DNA of 64,000 nucleotides, taken from the NCBI GenBank assembly GCA_951406725.2, contig OX597814.1, forward strand, positions 17,608,001 to 17,672,000, read 5' to 3'. This DNA comes from Octopus vulgaris. Taxonomy: Eukaryota. The notes beneath the pieces are model-generated. The model ran no database searches and was not told the origin of the DNA. It saw only the letters and a program-made list of their open reading frames with translations. Position numbers and translations under genes: made by a program. Below are positions 60,108-64,000 of this stretch, piece by piece; the stretch's first letter is position 1, and each line of letters opens with the position of its first letter.

Positions 60108-60682
60108 CACATATGCGTATAAATATTACTACAAATACATGTATCCATAGATCCATAGACATCAGATATACTGCTTTGTTAGATTTGATGCAATTCTATG
60201 CAGGTTGAGTTCAAATCCACCGGGGGACAACTTTTCATTTGTCCTCTTGGGGGTCGATCATTTATATTATCACACAGAGAAGCTGACAGGCACAGTCCTG
60301 AAAAGGGTCGGATGGATTGCGTTGCGATATCTCATACGACCCTTTTACGTACGAGAGTCCTAGTAATACTAAACGCTGATGTGAAAAAACAAAGAGACTG
60401 TTTGTAAAACTCAATAATGTAGTAAAACTAATACAATGGGAGTAAATGAACAGGTGTAAATGAACAAGAGTTGTCAGGTGTGCAGCGCTCGCAAACATTC
60501 TACTCATCTTACGGTATTTGCTTCGAGTCTTTACCTACTAAGTTCAGTTCCCGTCGAGGCCACGTTTGCCATTCATCCCTCCATTGCAGTTAAAATGGAA
60601 GTATCAACCAAATATTGTAGCCCTAATAATCGAGTAACACGCTACCTCAAAACTACTTACATTGGACCTAAATCAATAACAA

Positions 60683-60886
60683 CTGGCAGAAGCGTTAGCA
60701 CGCCGGCCGGAATGTTTGACGGCATTTCATCCGTCTTTATGCTCAGAGTTCAAATTCCGCCGAGGTCGACTTTGCCTTTCATCCTTTCAGAGTCGATAAA
60801 TTAAGTACCAGTGAAACACTGGGTCGATATAATCGACTGATCTCCTCTCCCAAAATTTCAGGTCTTGTGCCTATAGTAGAAAAGAC

Positions 60887-60956
<70 letters not shown>
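60683..60956 (+). mobile_element. SINE family B (second tail type) followed by an (ATT)n tail
   Basis: Core match; tail CCCCAAAATTTCAGG.CTTGTGCCTA.AGT as in array unit 12062-12282, running into (ATT)n at 60887-60956. Confidence 0.88.
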
Positions 60957-60958
<2 letters not shown>

Positions 60959-61451
60959 ATAGTCGTAATAAATTCATTGCATATCGGGACATTGTTGGTG
61001 TTGTTCTTGCACTTGTTTTCTATAATTTTACTGGTTGCATTAAACTTCGGTCATATTGGGTTACACACCTTAAAAGTTATTACTCCGCCATTTTGAATTT
61101 CATTTCATGGCACATATTTACTCGTGTGTATGCAGGTATTTACACAGGTAAGCATAAACACACACACGCACACTCAACACGCGCACACACTCAAACTGTT
61201 CACGGTTTCCGTCTGCTCCATATTCTCCTCCTCCATCCCAAGACTATGCTAGATGACATTTGGGCCCAAGGTGTCACGCAATGGAAATGAACTCGACACC
61301 ACGTGCTTGTGAAACGAACCTCTTAATCCAAACAGCCATGCCTGCGGCTATCATCAATTTGTAAATTTTTCTTAATGCACAAAATCACATGTGCAGAATT
61401 TATTTCGCATGTGTATTGTTCATAATATTTGTAATATGTATATATATGCTA

Positions 61452-61492
<41 letters not shown>

Positions 61493-61504
61493 ACTTTTTG
61501 TGGT

Positions 61505-61705
61505 TTACTCTTTTATTTCCATACAGTCATTTGACTGCAGCCATGCTGGAGCACTGCTTTTAGTCGCGAGTAAATCGACCCCAGGACTTATTCTTTATAA
61601 GACTAGTACTTACTTATTCTATCGGTTACTTTTGCCGAACCGCTAAGTTACGGGGACGTGATCACACCAGAATCAGTTGTCGAGCGATGTTGGAGTGACA
61701 AACAC
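61505..61705 (-). mobile_element. SINE family A 3' half
   Basis: Consensus match, adjacent to a (CATA)n/(CA)n spacer. Confidence 0.85.
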
Positions 61706-61827
61706 AAATACACAAACACACACATACACACACACACACACATACATACATACATACATACATACATACATACATACATACAAACATACATACATACACA
61801 CATACATACACACATACATACATACAA

Positions 61828-61897
<70 letters not shown>

Positions 61898-61981
61898 CCC
61901 TGCTTCCATTTCCTGAGCGCCTATTAATAATAATACTGTAATTGTTCCCTTGTTGTTGTTTTTTTGTTTCCCGTTTGGATT

Positions 61982-62028
<47 letters not shown>

Positions 62029-62444
62029 AATTAAGGCAAATAGGATGCTTCGCGCGATATTTCGCTATTACATAATCAGAGTTGTCCTGTCGTTGATGAT
62101 GGATGGTGACAAAGACAATATCTTTTCATTTTATTTAATCGAATGCATGTTTGAAATTAAAACCATACCATCATGTTACGGGGTATAGTGGGAAGGAGAC
62201 AATGTAAGAAAGAGTCCTAGATAACCTATACCTAAAATTACAGATGAAGATGTCACTACAACCATTTCCTTTGATCATAGACCGGTGTTTGTCACAGTTG
62301 ATCTAGGGCTAAATAACCTTACTAATTTCTCTCTACACAAGATTATTCAAAAACCCAAAATTGTATAGACGGTATGATTTGAACAGAGATAACACAAGTA
62401 TGCTTAATTGATGGCTCACAATGACCATTATATAACTTATAATA

Positions 62445-62498
<54 letters not shown>

Positions 62499-62499
62499 G

Positions 62500-62544
<45 letters not shown>

Positions 62545-62625
62545 GGGTGCGAGCCCACATACACACACATATGTATATACATATATTTACATACATATAT
62601 ATTTATGCCTATATATATACATACA

Positions 62626-62715
<90 letters not shown>

Positions 62716-62873
62716 TTTATATATATATTATATATGTATGTGAGTGTGTGTGGAGGCGCAATGCCCCAGTGGTGATATAACATTAATTCAACTAACAGAT
62801 AGTGTGAGTGTTTGTGTTTACATACACACACATATATAAACAGAAATATACATATAAATATATATACCATTGC

Positions 62874-63172
62874 GTGGAGGCGCAATGATCCAGTCGTTAG
62901 GCAGCGGACTCGCGGTTGTAGAATCGCGGTTTCGATTCCCAGACAGGTCGTTGTGAGTGTTTATTGAGCGAAAACACCTAATGCTCCACGAGTCTCCGGC
63001 AGGGGGTGGCTGGCGATCCCTGCTGTACTCTTTCCCCACAACTTTCACTCACTCTTTCTTCTGTTGGCCTGCTCGCTTAGCCAGCGTGGTATCATCGTTT
63101 GCAGGCTAAAGCAATGCGAAGCGCATTGTGACCAGCGGTGTGTAGCAACATCTGATAGCCTGGTCGGTCACG

Positions 63173-63177
<5 letters not shown>
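62874..63177 (+). mobile_element. SINE family C, full length, tail type 3
   Basis: tRNA-like head (box B GGTTTCGATTCCC), family-C body, tail ending GCCTGGTCGGTCACGGTGAT into (TA)n. Confidence 0.88.
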
Positions 63178-63210
<33 letters not shown>

Positions 63211-63497
63211 AATGTTTTGAATTTTCCTTTTTGTAAAACCTAAACAATACAACTTACAAGAAAATAATAGAAATCGATGGCTTGTACTTTTCTTTTGTAT
63301 ATCAATATTTTTGTGTTAGGATACACACTACAGATCAAGGAAATTAGCCCACAACATCATTTCTCTGAATATTTCCTGAATAAGTGCTCCTCGTCCCGAA
63401 ATGCTGAAATTCAAGGTAAAAGTACAAACTGTGGATTTGCATTATTTCACAAAACTGCCTTGTTTAACTTCATTAAAAGAAAAGTATAAACTTTCTG

Positions 63498-63591
<94 letters not shown>

Positions 63592-64000
63592 AAGCAATCC
63601 TTCACGAAAGCTATAATACACTTATGCACACACATACACACACACGCGTAAATGAGTCGAAACTTAGATAATGCTGGTCAAACTCGATTTTAATTGATTA
63701 GATCTCAGGCTTTTTGTAAACCATTTTGCACAGAATACTGCGAATTATTTTATACGATGTATTACCGAATTTATTATCTCGAGCTGTTTAGAAATAAACA
63801 TATGAAATGAGAATAGGATGTAAACAAATGAGTATTGCAATCACATAATGTTTGACCAACGGCTAACATAGTATATATTAGGCATTTATAAGTTGTATTT
63901 ATCATAGTTGTCTTATATGCCAAACAACAGGTATTATCACATATCACCATCTATGCATAGAAGATATACAGAGGCTCGCGTACACAAACAGACACATGCA

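Overview
Eukaryotic, AT-rich DNA saturated with microsatellites. The repeat content (several tRNA-derived SINE families, RTE/R4/CR1-like LINE remnants, Helitrons, dense (TA)n/(CA)n/(GATA)n/(ATT)n) suggests an octopus or other coleoid cephalopod; this is inferred, not verified. The only host protein-coding sequence I found is the first coding exon of a LIM-homeobox Lhx1/5 (Lim1/lin-11 class) gene at 24868-25037 (+). It encodes LIM domain 1, ends at a phase-2 GT donor, and is missing from the ORF track because the open frame is only 57 codons. I found no exon 2, so everything after 25037 appears to be a first intron longer than 38.9 kb. Nearly all ORFs in the track are microsatellite translations or transposon remnants. 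The most notable findings are: (i) minimal type-I hammerhead ribozyme motifs of the Penelope-associated kind (9743-9793 canonical; 58035-58082 with a U3-A8 compensatory core; two degenerate copies); (ii) SINE/LINE pairs sharing 3' tails, a SINE with three interchangeable tails, and head-to-tail SINE arrays; (iii) nested insertions with exact target-site duplications; (iv) several foldback elements; (v) a 1.57-kb tandem duplication. SINE family labels A-D are my own. Repeat coordinates are approximate to a few bases.
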